Shown here: positions 62,424 through 64,000 of the stretch, one piece after another
Numbering within the stretch: position 1 is the first letter of the stretch
How the letters are laid out: each line of letters opens with the position of its first letter
Assembly (NCBI GenBank): GCA_963662655.2
Contig: CAXXTU010000002.1
Location: forward strand, 1,248,001-1,312,000
Length of the DNA stretch: 64,000 bases
Direction of reading: 5' to 3'
Source: Candidatus Cloacimonadales bacterium
GTDB taxonomy: Bacteria > Cloacimonadota > Cloacimonadia > Cloacimonadales > JAIOQZ01
Program-made: the position numbers and the translations under genes
The notes under the pieces: generated by a model
The model's input: the letters and a program-made list of their open reading frames with translations, nothing else
What the model was told of the DNA's origin: nothing
The model's database searches: none

Positions 62424-63305
62424 CTACGCTGCGTTCAATATCTCGTTCGGTGTGCGGTAGCCCTGCGTGATGATGAGCCGTTCTTCGTTGTAGATCCGAA
62501 CTGCTTCCTCTACGTACTTCAGCGCGTCGTCGAAGTCCCTGAATCTCCGTTCCAGCCCCAACTCGTGCTTCAGAATCCCGTTGATGCGCTCCGCCTTGGC
62601 GTTGTCGTAGCACTTGCCCGGACCGGTCATGCTGGTGCGATAGCAGTAGCGTCGCAGCGCGTTCTGGAAGCAGGCGCTGGTGAATTGCGTACCATGATCG
62701 GAGTGGTGGATGCAGCCTTTGATATCCACGGCTCCGGCATTGCGCAACGACCTCATCGCCCGTTTCAGAGAGAGCGCGGGACCATGCGTGCGCAGGTCGG
62801 GCTGCAGCGAATATCCCAGGATCGCGTCCGAGTACTGATCCGAGGTCAGCGAAAGGTAGGCGAATCCGCGTTGCAAGCGGATGTAGGTGATGTCGCTCGC
62901 GATGATCTGGCCGACGCGGCGAGCGATGATGTCCTTCACCAGGTTCGGGTGTCGACTGCGGCTGCCCAGGCTCGTGCGGAGGTATGAGCGGTACGCCGTC
63001 GACAGCAGCCCGTAGTCGCGCAGGATGCCGAACAGCCGGTCGCGACCAACCTCGAGCCCGCGCGCCTTCAGCATGTATTGCAGCTTCCGCGCCCCGACGC
63101 GTGGCTGTTTCACGCGAATCTCGCGCACGGCGGATACGATCTCCTCCACCTCCGCCTGGAGCCGATGGAGCCGCTTCCTGTGCTGGTAGTAGCTCTGCTT
63201 GCTGCGACCGAACAAGCCGCAAATCACCTGCATGTTCGCGGCTACTTCTCTTTCTTTCGCGACAGCTCGACATTCGGTGACAACAGCGAACCAGTCTTTT
63301 TTTTT
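62424..63305 (-). CDS. IS3 transposase OrfB (DDE integrase-like), reached by -1 frameshift
   Basis: ASDITY, HHSDHGTQF, CYDNA.AERING.LK.E; A9G slippery run at 63296-63305. Confidence 0.92.
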   Translation of the reverse strand, partial: KKKDWFAVVTECRAVAKEREVAANMQVICGLFGRSKQSYYQHRKRLHRLQAEVEEIVSAVREIRVKQPRVGARKLQYMLKARGLEVGRDRLFGILRDYGLLSTAYRSYLRTSLGSRSRHPNLVKDIIARRVGQIIASDITYIRLQRGFAYLSLTSDQYSDAILGYSLQPDLRTHGPALSLKRAMRSLRNAGAVDIKGCIHHSDHGTQFTSACFQNALRRYCYRTSMTGPGKCYDNAKAERINGILKHELGLERRFRDFDDALKYVEEAVRIYNEERLIITQGYRTPNEILNAA

Positions 63306-63649
63306 GCGCTGTTGCCGTACTTGCGCTCGGTCACGTTCACGATCGCCTGCAACGCGCAGTTCTCCAGCACTTTCTCGCTCAACGCAGCCTGCAAATCCTG
63401 CACCTTCTTCTCCAGCTCCGCGATTGTCTTGTCCTTGTAATCTTCTTTCGCCATGCGACCTCGCTTTTGAGCTCCCTTGCGTCGCGCCGGCTTCACGGCG
63501 TCCTCTTTGATCCAGCGATACAGCGTGCGAACGGATATGTCGTACTGCTCCGCGAGCTCCGCCACGCAGTAGTCGCTCGTCAGCACGTGATGCAGAACAC
63601 GCGCCTTCACCTCGCAACGCTTCGCCCGTCGTTTCACATTTTCTCCCAT
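63242..63649 (-). CDS. IS3 transposase OrfA (HTH)
   Basis: AGGAGG SD; ELAEQYDISVRTLYRW HTH and a leucine-zipper-like segment. Confidence 0.9.
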   Translation of the reverse strand: MGENVKRRAKRCEVKARVLHHVLTSDYCVAELAEQYDISVRTLYRWIKEDAVKPARRKGAQKRGRMAKEDYKDKTIAELEKKVQDLQAALSEKVLENCALQAIVNVTERKYGNSAKKKTGSLLSPNVELSRKKEK

Positions 63650-64000
63650 ACCTGAGCCTCCTTCGACCCAACGGTCAACCTATTTCAGGACGGGACAGCA
63701 GTGAGAAAATCGTCAGTGCGGAAAGCAGTGAGGAAAGCAGTGAGGAAATTAGTGGGGAAACTCCCAGTGCGGAAATCGGTGAGGAAATCAGTGGGGAAAG
63801 CGATACATTAACCGCCAAGGCACCAGCTCCGCCAGCGCTGCCAGCGCTCCGCGACCGGGGTATAACAGCGCCACCACCGACATCGGTGGCGCTGCCGGTT
63901 GTGGATGGCGAGGTTATCCAGGACGATGCACACAGCTTTAACAACCGGTATCACGATCGAGCCAGGTTAAAGGGGGCTCTCTGTGAGAAGATCGAGTTGC

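Larger units (their letters stand above)
62365..63697 (-). mobile_element. IS3-family insertion sequence (1,333 bp) with 4-bp target duplication GCAG
   Basis: IRs TGTCCCGTCCTAAAATAGTTGACC / TGTCCCGTCCTGAAATAGGTTGACC; GCAG at 62361-62364 and 63698-63701. Confidence 0.95.
59332..64000 (+). mobile_element. Left part of a Mu-like transposable prophage (continues beyond the window)
   Basis: Order: end with repeated binding sites, leftward repressor, operators, rightward small early genes, gene with a MuA-like N-terminal HTH. No structural genes are visible in the window. Confidence 0.7.
62213..64000 (+). pseudogene. Putative MuA-like transposase gene interrupted by IS3
   Basis: MWYTTKEVAEKLG..PRTVRNRAK..EW HTH. 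Removing the IS and one TSD copy restores LPDDS-SEKIV..., open to the window end. The DDE core is not in the window. Confidence 0.65.

Overview
Bacterial chromosome segment, most likely from a Candidatus Cloacimonadota-type FCB bacterium. This is inferred from five secreted proteins ending in an NPFNP...KxLLLK sorting domain, the MGQQQ pilin-like genes and the 16S gene; no database was searched. Housekeeping content: pfkA, bamA, tRNA-Ala(GGC), a full minus-strand rrn operon (16S-Ile-Ala-23S-5S), serS, tpiA, trmB, a dGTPase-like gene, prfB with its programmed +1 frameshift, uppS, cdsA, crcB and amtB. Accessory content: a ~3,560-aa C10-protease-like/FN3 surface protein whose catalytic Cys is replaced by Ser, other large secreted proteins, an ISL3 that truncates a GLUG-type gene, and the left part of a Mu-like transposable prophage (duplicated left end, IS3 inserted in its putative transposase). 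The most interesting signals are unannotated. (1) A family of ~110-127-nt rod-shaped hairpins with compensatory base changes, placed just after stop codons (3 full copies and 1 half copy). (2) A two-copy ~148-bp element with inverted DnaA boxes, each copy just upstream of a TTGACA. (3) A perfect four-way-junction element. (4) Two leaderless MGQQQ pilin-like genes, each with its own sigma54-type promoter. (5) An 11-mer array inside the Mu-like transposase gene that matches a motif in the element's end.
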